A DNA stretch of 64,000 nt. Origin: the human T2T-CHM13v2.0 reference genome, Homo sapiens. Every line of letters begins with the position of its first letter. Positions within the stretch are counted from its first letter, which is position 1. Below are positions 32,620 through 62,249 of this stretch, in pieces. A program made the translations under genes and the position numbers. The notes beneath the pieces were generated by a model. The model made no database searches. It was not told the origin of the DNA and was given only the letters and a program-made list of their open reading frames with translations. The stretch lies in NCBI RefSeq assembly GCF_009914755.1, contig NC_060944.1; one strand, given 5' to 3'.

Positions 32620-33704
32620 TTTTAGTGGATAACCCTTGCTGGATGATTTGAATGATGGCAGCAGTGCAGTAGCATTTAAAACTCTGGAGATCCCACATCT
32701 GAATGCTGGCACACAGACAAATACTAAGAGAAGGATTGTCATCAGAGTTTGTATAATCTACTTCTCAGCCAGGATCTAAGAGTGCCCTGACTAAACAAGA
32801 AAGTAGATCTCATCCCGAATCTAGAGTCCATGTAACCAAATATGAGGTTACTCATCAAATTACCCAATTTCTGATTTCTTTGTTTACTTCCTAGATCTTT
32901 TTAGTAATATCAAAGATTTCAGAGAGGTCTGCAGGAATATAAGTACAGCATTCTTCCACTAAAACAGCACACATTCCCCACCTTGGGAGATCAATATCCT
33001 ATCTAAGGCAGTTCTGTTCTGGACCACCACCCACCCAATCTCATAAACCTCTTGACAAGGGAGTTTTATGGCCTTACTGGCATTGTCTAAATCATCTGCT
33101 GTTCTCTCAACCACAGCATGCTACATTTACCCTACTAATCAGATCTCTTGTAAATTATGAAACAAAGGCTGGGTGCAGTGGTTCACACCTGTAATCCCAG
33201 CACTTTGGGAGGCCAAGGTGGGAAGATCACATGAGGCCAGGAGTTCAAGGCCAGTCTGGACAACACTGCAAGACTCCATCTCTACAAAAAAATTTAAAAA
33301 TTAGCCAGGCATGGTGGCGCATACTTGTAGTCCTAGCTATTCAAGAGGCAGAGGCAGGAGGATCACTTGAGGCCAGGAGTTCAAGAGCAGCCTGGGCAAT
33401 ATAATGAGACCCCTGTCTCTACCAAAAAAAAAAAAAAAAAATTTAATTAGACATGCATGGTGGCACACACCTGTAGTTCTAACTACACATGAGGCTGATA
33501 TGGGAGGATCACTTGAGCTCAGGAGTTTGAGACTACAATGAGTTATGATGACTCCACTACACTTCACTCTGGGTGGTAGAGCAAGATTCTGTCTCAAAAA
33601 TAAGTAAATACATACATACATAAAGGCATGCATACATACATAAAGTATGAAAAGAAGTGTCTTGAGGGGAGAAGAAAGAAATCTAGAATACCCCTAGGGT
33701 ACTT

Positions 33705-33705
<1 letters not shown>
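32620..33705 (-). pseudogene. Endogenous retroviral env remnant (TM subunit, gamma-type), interrupted by Alus at ~33167-33640
   Basis: Minus-strand translation VERTADDLDNASKAIKLPCQEVYEIGWVVVQNRTALDRILISQGGEC, then a 2-nt frameshift, then AVLVEECCTYIP (ISD plus CX6CC). Hydrophobic [11 protein letters not shown] downstream. KYPR-GILDFFLLP upstream. Confidence 0.8.
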
Positions 33706-37440
<3,735 letters not shown>

Positions 37441-37800
37441 AATTTATTTGTGTTTTTTGGTTTTTTGGTTTTGTATTTGTTTAGAAACAGGGTCTTGCTC
37501 TGTTACCCAGGCTGGAGTGCACTGGTGCCATCACAGCTCACTTGGGTAATCCCACTCTCTCAGCCTCCCAAGTAGCTAGTACTATCGGCACTTACCACTA
37601 TCCTGGCTAAATTTTTAGTTTTTTTGTACAGCCAGGATCTCGCTGTGTTGCCCAGGATGGTCCTGAATTCCTAGGTTCAAATTATTCTCCCTCCTCAGCC
37701 TCCCAAAGTGCTGGGATTATAGGCACGAGCCACCGTGCCCAGCCTAAGCACTTAATATCTTAATTCAGCCAATTAAATGAGCTCTTTTATTTTGTCGTCA

Positions 37801-38022
<222 letters not shown>

Positions 38023-38209
38023 TCAAGAGGCTGAGGCAGAAGAATCCCTTGAATTTGGGGGGCAGATGTTGCAGTGAGCCGAGAGCACGCCACTGCCCTC
38101 CAGCCAAATAGGAAAAATATTTTTCCTATCCTTCTGAAGTTTGCAACTCCTTTATCTTCAGAAAAACTTCTCCTTGAGAGTTTCCTCAGAGCATCTCATT
38201 CAGCAATCA

Positions 38210-46250
<8,041 letters not shown>

Positions 46251-46265
46251 GGTGGCCTTTGGACC

Positions 46266-46732
46266 TAGAGGGAGAAGAGATTTCTTTCCTTAGCCATTGC
46301 AAGGTTTGTGGATGAGACCCCAATAACAAAAGACAGATTAACAAGATAAACGCATCCAATTTTATTTAATGTAAGTTTTAGGGAACACAAGAGCCTTCAG
46401 AAACGAAGACCCAAATATACAGGGAAAACTGTATTTTTATGGAGAGTTGTGCAGAAGTATGATCGGAGGACAAAAGGGTATGATGTCATGGTAATCAACC
46501 AGGGGGAAGTAGCAAGGCCTGTTTGTTCCGATTCCTCTTGGCCTCTCTGTGTGACTTTCCTTTCCTTGGGTATAGGGCAGGACACCTGTCACAGGAGGTC
46601 TTCAAGGGAGACGGGAGGGAGAAGGCCAGAGAGTGACCTTCCTGCTTCTGCAGTTTTCTTAGTTTCCTTCAGCTTAAAATACTCAACATGCCAAGGTGCC
46701 ATACTTTGGGGTGTCCTGTTCTGAGCCCCGCA
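46266..46732 (-). mobile_element. MER4-group LTR (MER31/MER39-like) just upstream of TMC2 exon 3
   Basis: Minus strand begins tgcggggctcagaacaggacaccccaaagtatggc. Shares aaaagacagat(t/c)aacaaga with the 30449 LTR. Confidence 0.6.
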
Positions 46733-46844
46733 GAGCTCACAAGCTCTCGGAATCATCTTGGACGTCTGATTTCTCACGGCCGGGGACATTTTCCTGGGCC
46801 TGAGGCCGTTGGAACCAGAACTGTCCATTTTCCCGCCCCGGCAG

Positions 46845-47163
46845 GTGACAGGCTGGGAAGGAGATCCTCAAGCAAGCGGGCTCTCAAAGCCGAGGGGACC
46901 CCAGGCAGGCGCGGAGCTCAGCGAAGCCAGAAGGAGCGCGCCGGGGGCAGCCCAAGCCCGGGGTCTCCCCGGAGGAAGCAAACAGGGCGCAGGAGACACA
47001 GAGAAGAGCTGGGGGAGCAGGAGCGGGGCGAGGCAGAGAGGACCTGCGAGGGCAGGAGAAAGCGCGACGAGAGGGCCTCCTTCCAGGAGCGGACAGCAGC
47101 CCCAAAGAGGGAAAAGGAGATTCCGAGGAAGGAGGAGAAGTCGAAGCGGCAGAAGAAACCCAG
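46845..47163 (+). CDS. TMC2: TMC2 coding exon 3 (GDRLGRRSSSKR...KRQKKPR)
   Basis: ccccggcag|GTGACAGG...AAACCCAG|gtgtgt. 319 nt, phase 1-2. Contained in ORF 46688-47239. Confidence 0.95.
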
Positions 47164-47426
47164 GTGTGTTGTGGCTCCGATTCTGGGCATTCGCTCCGCG
47201 CGCTCCCGCTCCTTCGCGGCCCTTCCCCTTCCCCCGTGAGGGACTGATGCCCCCCTCCCCGGGGAGAGGCAGCCCGTGCCCTCGCTCTGGCTTCCGTGCC
47301 TCCCAGCCCTAACCACTGCCCCACTCTGCGGTGGGTTCTTCATCCCAGAACCGGGATGAAGATCGCGGGTCCGCGCGGGGGAGTGGCCGCGGGCTCTCCA
47401 CTCCAGCGCCTCGTGGCACCCGGTGA

Positions 47427-47470
47427 GGCGGGGCGCGGGTGGAGAGGTGGCGGGGCGCGGGTGGAGAGGT
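47427..47470 (+). repeat. Perfect 22-bp tandem duplication
   Basis: ggcggggcgcgggtggagaggt x2. Confidence 0.9.
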
Positions 47471-48944
47471 TACAGGGCAGCGGGTGGGACACGATCCCGC
47501 GTCCCCTGAACTCCAGCTGGTGACTCACCCCGGCTCTCGAAGAGGAGGAGCTGAGCGACATGAACAAAATCGGACTCAGGAACCATCTGAGGGCTTAAGC
47601 ACACCTCGTTCCGGCTTCCGGATCTGGGCCAGTTTCCTATGCTGGAAATGTGGCACTGGTCCAGGAGACCTTCAAGGATGCTACCAGCTCTGAAATTCTG
47701 GAGCTTGGAGGTTTTATTTGTTTTGCCTCCTTTGTTCCATTACCATTAGCACCAACTAGCACGTGTGGGTTAGTGGACAGGGCCAGCTTATGGCATCAGA
47801 AAGTGAAGATTTGGGGTTCATGTTTTTGTTATCAATTTTAATAGGTGTCTCTCTCTTTGCCTCCCTTTTTCAGTCATTGAGGATAACAGATGCCTTATTC
47901 GTTGCTCATATTGTTTTAAGAATTCTTTGTGATAGAATAGGAATTCTTTTGCAACAGTTGGGAATATTAGGATTATGGTGAAGAGTTGATGTTCTTTCCC
48001 GGTGGTTTGTAGCAAATCCTTTTTGCCCACAGCCTCAGTTGGGTGCTCCATCTTCCTCTCCACCTTTACAGAGAGGCTTTTAAACAAGGGCACTGATTTT
48101 TTTCCTGTCGCCATGCCAACCATCCTGGCTTGGTTACAGCCTTTGTCTACTGTCTGGTTGCTCCCAGACATGAACTAAAGAGGTAAAGGGTGCATCGTGC
48201 CCTTGGCCATTTAAAAATAACGTGAATGCACCGTTGATGGGCCCTGGGTGCCCTGAACTTTAGAGGGAGCCTGTACCATCCCAATGGGCCACAGACTCAT
48301 TTATGTCATTTTCAGCTGAGGGCCATGCCAAGGCATTAGAGAGATGAAAACATTCAGTTCCCGTTGCCTAGATACTGACAGTGTGGCAGAGGAGATAACA
48401 CATAGGCATTGGTAATCCTAAGACAAGGCAGAAAGCAATATGCGTGCAAGACAGGACTTGATGGAGCGCTGAATTCCCCGGGTGCTGGGCCATCAGGGTT
48501 CCTCCATGGAGAAGGTGAACATCCCAGTGAGGCTTTGAATAACAGGTGGAATCTAAATAAGCAATGACTGAATGTCCAACACCCCAAACTGTGGGAACAC
48601 CCTACGCAGAGACTCAAAGGCAGATATCATCAATTGGGTGTGCATGAAGTATGGCAAAAAAAAAAAAAATATCTCTGTGTTCTAGGCTTTTCAACCTTCA
48701 AGGGCATCCTAAAACTTCTTCTTTGCTCCCCAGGAGTTAATCAGAAGCTAAAACACCCAGAGGCTGCTGCAAACCTGTCTCTAAAACCTGCAGTAACCCA
48801 AGCCCACACCCTAATACTACCATTTACGAAACACACTCAGGCTGCCCAGCCATAACCCTTCCTTAGTCCTTTCCTTTACCTACCCGATTGGGCGCTGTCT
48901 CACTCAGCTGAGAGTCACTATTTTTCATCACTAAAGGAGTCAGA

Positions 48945-49998
<1,054 letters not shown>

Positions 49999-50245
49999 GG
50001 GAACACTGAGCTGGCATGTGGTTTGTGGGAGGACTCAGAGAAATGGAGGATGGGGAGGCAGCCCTCCAGGGCCCTGGGCTACAGGGTAGAATTTTGGCCT
50101 CCGCTGCCAGGCAATGGGAGTCACTAATGGCTTCTGAGCAGGGGAAGGGGTGCCATCTTCCATGGGCCCCTCCTCATTCCACAGCACCTGAGGACACCAC
50201 CTCCTTTCCAACTTCCCTCTGCCTCCGCCCTGGCTCTGCCTCCAG

Positions 50246-50398
50246 GTCATCCTCCTTGGCCTCCAGTGCCTCTGGTGGGGAGTCCCTGTCCGAGGAGGAA
50301 CTGGCCCAGATCCTGGAGCAGGTGGAAGAAAAAAAGAAGCTCATTGCCACCATGCGGAGCAAGCCCTGGCCCATGGCGAAGAAGCTGACAGAGCTCAG
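50246..50398 (+). CDS. TMC2: TMC2 coding exon 4 (SSSLASSASGGESLSEEELAQILEQVEEKKKLIATMRSKPWPMAKKLTELR)
   Basis: ctgcctccag|GTCATCC...GAGCTCAG|gtgagc. 153 nt, phase 2-2. Confidence 0.96.
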
Positions 50399-51065
50399 GT
50401 GAGCAGGCTGCGGGTCAGCCAGGGCCTTCCGATGTCCACAGCTCCTTCTGATGGGAATGGGAGCCCTCCCTCCACATTTCCCCAAAGGTGCTTGATGTGA
50501 GGGGGCTGCTCCAGCGAGGACAGCACTCAGGGAGCCCCATGAGAGCCAAGGCGGCCGTGCTGTTCGCCAGCACCACAGGGCCTAGAGGGGGAGCCATGGA
50601 AGACTCGGAGGACTCCCGACCTGTGCCCATGCCTTCCCCTGCCTGGCTGCCCCTTTTATCCCATGCCACACTTCATCTCGTGGCTTCTGTGCCTCCCTCA
50701 CAGCCCAACAGAGACATGCCTTCTCCTGGAAGCTTTCTAGACCCCTTCTCCTCAAGAGCAGCTCTCTCTCATGTTCCTGGAGCACCCAGTGTCTCTCCAT
50801 GTGTACACACTCTCGCTTGCGTGATTTGCACGGTGAGTGGGAGAGGGTCTGCCTGAGCCACTGTCACATCCCCATTGCCTGGCACAAGGCCAAGCTGGCC
50901 CCCATGCAACATGAATATCACTCTGTGAATGGCAACAGGCCTCCTGCCCATGCCACTCGACTCCTGTTTTCTACTCAGCCACTTCTTTGGTTTCCATGCA
51001 AAAGGCTGATGCACGGAGCATTTGATGATTCTGGGGTCTTTGCTGCAGTTTTAAAATAACAGTAG

Positions 51066-54432
<3,367 letters not shown>

Positions 54433-54974
54433 ACATATGAAAACAAAAGGCTGGCTGGACATAAAAAGCAACAGCAGTGAGTTGGGGCAAACCTGAATTC
54501 ACACCTCTGCCACATCTGGAGACTTTGGTTGGCTACCCAATCCCTCTCAGGGTCACTTCCTTCCCTTAACCTCTCTGAGCCTAATAATTCTCACTTGTAA
54601 AATGGGAATAATAACATCTACCTCACAGGGTTGTTCAAACAATTTCAAAATATTTTTATTAAGTGCCCAGCATATAATATGCAATTAAAAAATAGCGATT
54701 ACTGTTATTATTAAAGCTTGAACATCTTTTATGCCTGACACTATGCTGAGCCCTGAGAGATGAGGTTGGGGAACAAAGATGAATCAGAGAAGCATGTGGA
54801 CATCATCAATAATGATACACAGTAGGATGTGAAGTTGGCATAACAGCTTCTAGTGCCCATGAATCAGGGATATTTGCTTTAATCATAGAATTAATCAGGT
54901 CTGTCTCTCAGCTTTGTCCAAAGCCTGATATCTTAGAAAACTACCCAAACTGCTTTCTTTCTTCAGAGTGATTA

Positions 54975-56695
54975 GAGGACTTCTGCTTCTAGGTAGATGG
55001 AGTAGAGACGCTTTTCCCTATTCTTCCCACTAAGTACAATGAAAACCCTGAATGCCATATTTAAAGCAAATATAAGAAGATTTGAAAAGGTAGAAAGAAG
55101 AAGGCAAACTGGCTAAGAACCTCAGGACCAAAGGGATGACCAGGGCATTGAGTTCCTTGGATTTTCTTTTTTACCTTCTATATCCCAGACTGGCTATTGG
55201 AAAAGCTGGCAACCCCAAAACTCCAATGGAGGCAGCCAAAAAAAATGCCCCAAGAAAAATCTGCTATTTCTGGCCAAAGGACCAGGGAAGAAACAGACTG
55301 GCAAGACAGAAAACTTTTGGACAATAACTGTTCTCCAGCAAAATACCACAGACAAAACAACAGCCCCCATTGCCAACCCTGGCAGCAAAGGCAAGTGGGG
55401 AAGCCTGGATACCCACCTTTGCCAGGCCAAAGCAAGGTGCCCCAATACCCCTAACCAGGGTGTGCCAGAGGAGGCTGAGTGGGAAGCAGGAATTTTCATC
55501 CCCAGCAGGTAGTAATGATCCCTCCTTTTCCCCATGGTTTCGGTGAGGACCATGTGGGGAGTCTAGACTCTCACCATGACTTGGAAGTAACCAGGCTTGA
55601 GTGGAGGCCTGAACCCCATCCCTGCTCAGCGGTAACAAGGAGCTTCTCCTCAGCCTCAGGTGTCAAAGGAGGCCAAATGAAGAACCTGGACTTTCACCCC
55701 CACCTGGAAGTAATCAGGCAACATTACCTACAACTACCATAGCAATGTCAGAGGAGGCCTGGTAAAACATAAGATTTAAATAATACCTAGAGTCTTATAA
55801 TATCCAAAAGTCCAGGTTTCAATTAAAAATCGCTTGCCATACCAAGAACCAGGAAGACCTCAAACTAAATGACAAAAGATGATCAACAGGTTTTAACACC
55901 AAGATGACAGAGATGTTAGAATTGTCTGACAAAGGTTTTATTTTATTTATTTTTATTTTTTATTTTTGTAGAGACAGGGTCTCACTATATTGCTCAGGCT
56001 GGTCTCGAACTCTTGGCTCAAGCAATCCTCCCACCTCAGCCTCGCAAGACACTGGGATCACAGACATGAGCCACACCTTGCCCGACAAAGGTTTTAAAGC
56101 AACCATCATAAAAATGCTTCAATGAGCAATTGTGAACACATGAAACAAATGAGAAAAACAGTCTCAGAAAAAAAATAGAAGCTATAAAGAGGAACAACTG
56201 GAAATTTTAGAAGTAAAAAAATACAATAACTGAAATTTTTAAAACTCAGTGAGTGGGCTCAACAACAGAATGAAGAGAACAGAGTAAAAACTCAGTGAAC
56301 TTGGAGATAGAACAAGAGAAATTACCCAATCTAAACTATAGAGAGAAAATAGCCTGGAAGAAAATGCACAGAACTTCAAGGATGTGTGGGACTATAATAA
56401 AAGACATAACATTAGTATCGTTGGAATTCCAGAAAAAGAGGAGAAAAAGGATGAGACTGAAAAAGTATTCAAAGAAATTATGGCTAAAACTGTCTCAGAT
56501 TTGGCAAAACTTACAAATTCAAGAAGCAAAACAAATCCCAAGCAGGATAAACCCAAAGCAAAGAAATTCATTCCAAGACACATCATAGTCAAACTTCTAA
56601 AAACTTGTAGGCAGTCAGACAGAAACAAAACATCACCTACAGGGAAAAAAACACAATTATAATGACAAGAAACTTCTCATCAGAAACCATGAAGG
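54975..56695 (+). mobile_element. Old L1 5' region and ORF1 remnant
   Basis: ORF 56384-56662 (MWDYNKRHNISIVGIPE...PRHIIVKLLK) is L1 ORF1p-like. Confidence 0.8.
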
Positions 56696-57466
56696 GCATG
56701 CCCTTTGTGCCTTTGTTATTATTTATATATCTTCACAGAGTTCAAAAAAAATTTGCTGTGCCCATGGAAATTCATAAACCAGGTGGACTCTTCACAGTGA
56801 CTGGTCTTCATAGTTTGCAACTAGCCTTTGGTAGGGTCCCCTGTTCTCTTGGGGGTTTGCTGGATGTCTGGACACAGAGTCTGAACAGAGAGAAGAGAAG
56901 CATTTGCTGCTGGGCTCAATGACTCAGGCGCAAGAGCTGCCCCTACTTTTGAGAATTGTTAACTGAAGCTGCTAAATCTTAAAACCTGGCACATTTAAGC
57001 TCATAGAACTCCAAGTGCTTTTGAGTATTTGCCCACTTGTAAAATACAGGAAGAAGACAAAAATATGAATATTGTGAAACCATTCTTTGTTGTTGCAGTG
57101 GTATTGGTGTTCACTGATAAGTCACTGGCAGGACATCTCCTGCCAAGGGGGGGAACAGGGAGAAGATCCCATTGAGGAGGACATACAGCCCAGTTCTTGA
57201 CCCTGGGTTTAGGAGTAGGACAGGCAGCCTCACTAGCATTGAGACACTGAGACATCCCAATAAAGCCAGCCTCAAGGTTAGGATGCAACTTCACACGTAT
57301 CAACTGTCCACACTTGTACCTTGGAGGCAGCAGGAACAGTGGGGTAGGCATTTTGTAGGAGCAGTGGTGACTGTAGCAATAGCAGCCAGACACACACAGC
57401 TCCACAACACCTTCTTCCATCTGCCCTAAGACGGACTTCATTCTTCACTCGCATGATTGGGTTTAT

Positions 57467-58005
57467 CTAGTGGTTGCTGATAAACTAGCTTTCTGAGGTG
57501 TGGGACAGGAGGAGGAGCCCTGGTCATAGTATTTGCTGATTTCCGTGGTCTAAATACTCCCACCATGGCCAACTCAAAGCTACTAACAGTTTAACAACTG
57601 GTTGGCCAAGTTCCTGAAGATTTAACAATCTGTTCTCAAAGGCTGTCCTCACCAGGTCCAGCAACCACTGCAGAATATTTAATAGACAAATTGATTCATT
57701 TGTTTCTCATCCAACTTTAACAGGGTGCTCATTCACTCACTCAGTCAACATCCATGTGTTCCACAAATACCTATCCAATGATGCCTGACTTACAATGGTT
57801 CAACTTATAATTTTTCAGCTTTACAGTGGGTTTATTGGATATACTGCATCATAAGTTGAGGAGCATATGGGCTTATGATGGTTCAACTTACAATTTTTTA
57901 CTTAATGGCCTTTTTGGGGTATTAAGTACATTTTCAACTTAACGATGTTTTCAACTTACAATAAGTTTATTGGAACATAACCCCTTGTACATCAAGGAGC
58001 ATCTG
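57467..58005. mobile_element. DNA transposon remnants (MER63-like ~57467-57670; Tigger-family ~57778-58005)
   Basis: aaatactcccaccatggcc motif. Repeated gacttacaatggttcaactta, ending gagcatctgta. Confidence 0.5.
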
Positions 58006-60360
58006 TATTAATTTTATATTGCTATTGCAACAAATTACCACAGGTTAAGAATTTAAAATACCACTCGTTAATTAGTGCACAGTTCTGTAGGTCAGAAGTC
58101 CAGCATGGCATGGCTGGATTCTCTGTTCAGGGTCTCATCACACCAAAATTATGGTATCAGTAGGGCTGCAGTTCTCACCCAGGGCTAAGGTTCTCTTCTG
58201 AGCTCACTGATTGTTGGCTGAATTCACTTCCTTCTTATGCTTTTTGTGTAGCCCCTCCAGAGGGGCCCCAGACACAGAGAGTCAAGAATATTCCTGCTCC
58301 ACGTTTGATAAAATCTAATATCCCTTCATGATAAAAGCCTCCAACAAACTAGGCATTGAAGGAACATACCTCAAAATAATAAAAGTTATCTATGAGAAAC
58401 TCATAGTGAAATTCATACTGAATGGGCAAAAACTGGAAGAATTTCCCTTAAGAACTGGAACAAGACAAGAATGCCCATTCTCACTTCTCCTATTCAACAT
58501 AGTACTGGAAGTCTTAATCAGAGCAATCAGGCAAGAGGAGAAAAATGAAAGGCAGGAAAGAAGGAAATAAAAGTAGGAAAAGAAGTCAAAGTATCTCTCT
58601 TTGCTGATTATATGATTCTCTACCTAGAAAACCCTAAAGACTCTGCCAAAAGGCTCCTGGAATTGATAAACGACTTCAGCAAAGTTTCAAGATACAAAAT
58701 CAATGTACAAATGTACAAAAATCAAGAGCATTTCTTGATCTAGTAACATTCAAGCAGAGAACCAAATCAATAATACAATCCCATTTACAATAGTCACAAA
58801 AATAAAATAAAATAAAATACCTTGGAATTCATCTAACCAAGGAGGTGAAAGATCTCTACAAGGAGAACTACAATACAATGACTAAAGAAATCATAGGTAA
58901 TACCAAAAAAAAATCCATGCTCATGGATTGGAAGAATCAATATCATTAAAATGCCCATACTACTGAAAGCAATCTACAGATTCAATGCTATTTCTACCAA
59001 ACTACCAATGTCATTTTTCACAGAAATAGAAAAAAAGATTCTAAAATTCACAGGAACCAAAAATGAGCCCAAACAGCCAAAGCTATCCTAAACAAAAAGA
59101 ATAAAGCCAGAGGCATCACATTACTCAACTTCAAACTATACTATGAGGCTACAGTAACGAAAACAGCACAGTACTGGTACAAAAACAGACACATAGACCA
59201 ATGGAACTGAATAGAGAATGCAGAAATAAAGCTGCCCACCTACAACCATCTGATCTTCAATAAAATCAACAAAAAACAAGCAATGGGGAAGGACTCCCTA
59301 TTCAATAAATGGTGCTGGGATAACTGGCTAGACATATGCAGAAGAGTGAAACTGGACCCCCGCCTCTCACCATACACAAAAATCAGCACAAGATGGATTA
59401 AATACTTGAATGTAAGACCTAAAATTATTAAAATCCTAGAAGAAAACCTAGGAAATATCATTCTGGATATTGGCCTTGGGAAAGAATTTACGACTAAGTC
59501 CTCAATAGCAACTGCAACAAAAACAAAAATTGACACATGGGACCTAATCAAACTACAAAGCTGCTGCACAACAAAAGAAACTATCAGCAGAGTAAACAGA
59601 CAACCTACAGAATGGAGAAAATATTCTCAAACTATGCATCTGACAAAAGTCTAATATCCAAAATCTGTAAAGAACTTACACAATTCAACAAGCAAAAAAC
59701 AAATAACTCCATTAAAAAGTGGACAAAGAATATGAACAAACACTTCTCAAAAGAAGACATACAAGCCTCCAACAAACATATGAGAAAATTCTCATCATCA
59801 CTAATTATCAGAAAAATGCAAATCAAAACCACAATGACACACCATCTTCCACCAGTCAGAATGGCTATTATTAAAAAGTCAAAACCTAACAGATGCTGGT
59901 AAGGGTGCGGAAAAACAAACAAACAAACAAACAAAAAACACTTATACATTGTTGGTGGGAATGTAAATTAGTTCAACCATCGTGGAAAGCAATTTGGAGA
60001 TTTCTTAAGAAACTTCTCTTCTGTTTTTAAGGGCTCATATTATTTTATTACACTGGGGCCATGCAGATGACCCAGAATAATCTCCTTATTTTAAAATCAA
60101 TAATCTTGGCCGGGCATGGTGGTTCACACCTGTAATCCCAGCACTTTGGGAGGCCGAGGCAGGTGACTGCTTGAGCTCAGGAGGTCAAGAGCAGCCTGAG
60201 CAACACAGTGAGACCCTATCTCTAAAAATAAATAAATAAATAAAATAAAATCAGTAATCTTAACTACATTTTAAAAGTCCTTTTTGCCATGTAACATATT
60301 ATATTCATGGGTGGAACACCACCAGACGAAGGTCACAGGGGCCACAGTTCTGCCTACCAT
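58003..60360. mobile_element. MLT1 LTR split by an L1 ORF2 fragment (+, ~58303-60010) and an Alu monomer (~60108-60250)
   Basis: MLT1 start tgtattaatt...caaattaccaca and end ttctgcctacca. ORFs 58328-58570, 59283-59654 and 59537-59902 are L1 ORF2p-like. Confidence 0.75.
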
Positions 60361-60567
60361 GCCTGTTATGTACCTCGCACTCTTCTCAGCATTTGGGAAA
60401 CTTCAGTGGATAAAACAGACAGAATGTCGTGCCTTCATGGAATTTATATTTTAACCAGGGGTATACAAAGACATAAGCCTTCACACATGTGTTTGAGGCT
60501 TCATAATTCAGATTTCCTCTGGTTAGGTGCTAACTGAAATCCTGCTTATTTTTTTTTTTCTAAGCAG

Positions 60568-60658
60568 GGAGGCCCAGGAATTTGTGGAGAAGTATGAAGG
60601 TGCCTTGGGAAAGGGGAAAGGCAAGCAACTATATGCCTACAAGATGCTGATGGCCAAG
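60568..60658 (+). CDS. TMC2: TMC2 coding exon 5 (EAQEFVEKYEGALGKGKGKQLYAYKMLMAK)
   Basis: Branch-like tgctaac at ~60528, poly-T tract, ctaagcag|GGAGGCC...GCCAAG|gtgtgt. 91 nt, phase 2-0. Cumulative CDS 645 nt. Confidence 0.96.
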
Positions 60659-61858
60659 GTGTGTGGGGCGGGGGCAGTGAATCTGTTGGGAGGGCTTGCT
60701 CAGCTTTGGAATCTGGCGACCAACTTCGGCAACTGCCCAGCTTCGCCATTTGTGTCCAGCTGCCCCCAGAATCCTGGGTGTGAGGGCCACCTGACCATTC
60801 TGATCCATCTAGGCATGGAAACCAATCGTATCCTGCCAATTTCTCCATACTTACTGTGAGGGCTTCAATACATTTGAGACTTGTCTTCTCTCCAGTGAAT
60901 ACACTTAGAGAACTAATGATGTTAAAACCACTGGGATTTTATTTTCCAAACCCCAAATCAGGACAGGTTGAGTTGGTGGAGACCCAGAAGGGCTGTGGTG
61001 TGATCAGGGTCACGTGGATGATAAACAGCGATGTCCCCAGACGGATGGGGGCAGCTCTGTTTTGTTGAGTTGTATCATAACCTGGGCATCTGATTTAAGT
61101 TAGGGTAATGTTTCATGTTGGATATTTAAAGTGAGACTTACTGAAGTATCCTTCCTTTACCCACTGATTTGAAAAACTACCATTCTCATTCACTTAATTC
61201 TTGTACAGAGCCTGTTTCAGGGCTTTTATTCTGAACAATCATTTGATGTCATTACCTCAATGACATCAAATGCCTGGTAGTTCTAGGTTCCCCTTTTTAC
61301 CTTTGGTTTTTTGTTTGTTTGTTTTTAGAAACAGAGTCTCACTCTGCCACTAAGGCTGGAGTGCAGCGTCACCACTCCAGCCTTAGTGGCAGCCTTGAAC
61401 TCCTTGGCTCAAGAGCTCACTGCAGCCTTGAACTCCTGGCCTCAAGAGATCCTCCAGCCTCAGCCTCAGCCTCCTGAGTAGCTAGGACTACAGGTGCACT
61501 CCACCACACCCTGATAAAACTTTGTTTTTAAAAAATAAAAAAATGTCTTGGCTGTCTTGCCCATGTTTCTACATGCATTTTTAAAAATCCCTTTGCCAAG
61601 TTCCACCATAGTGTATTGAGATTTTGGTTGGAATTTCTTTTAATCCTGTATTTAATTTGGGACTTCCTTATCTATACAATATTTAGTTTTCACATCTAGG
61701 ATACCATACATTTCTCAAGCCCATATTATATCCTTAAGCAAAGTTTGTCATTTTCTCCCTATAGATCTTTTCCATGTTTTATTTCTGCACATTTGATAGC
61801 CTAGTTGCTTTTGCAAATGCGATCATTTTTCAATTATTTAATAACTAGTTATTGGTAG

Positions 61859-62249
<391 letters not shown>

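Larger units (their letters stand above)
46780..47625. promoter_or_regulatory. Intragenic CpG island over TMC2 exon 3 and the start of intron 3
   Basis: High CpG density, GC boxes (GGCGGGGCG twice), TGACTCA at 47521. Confidence 0.7.
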
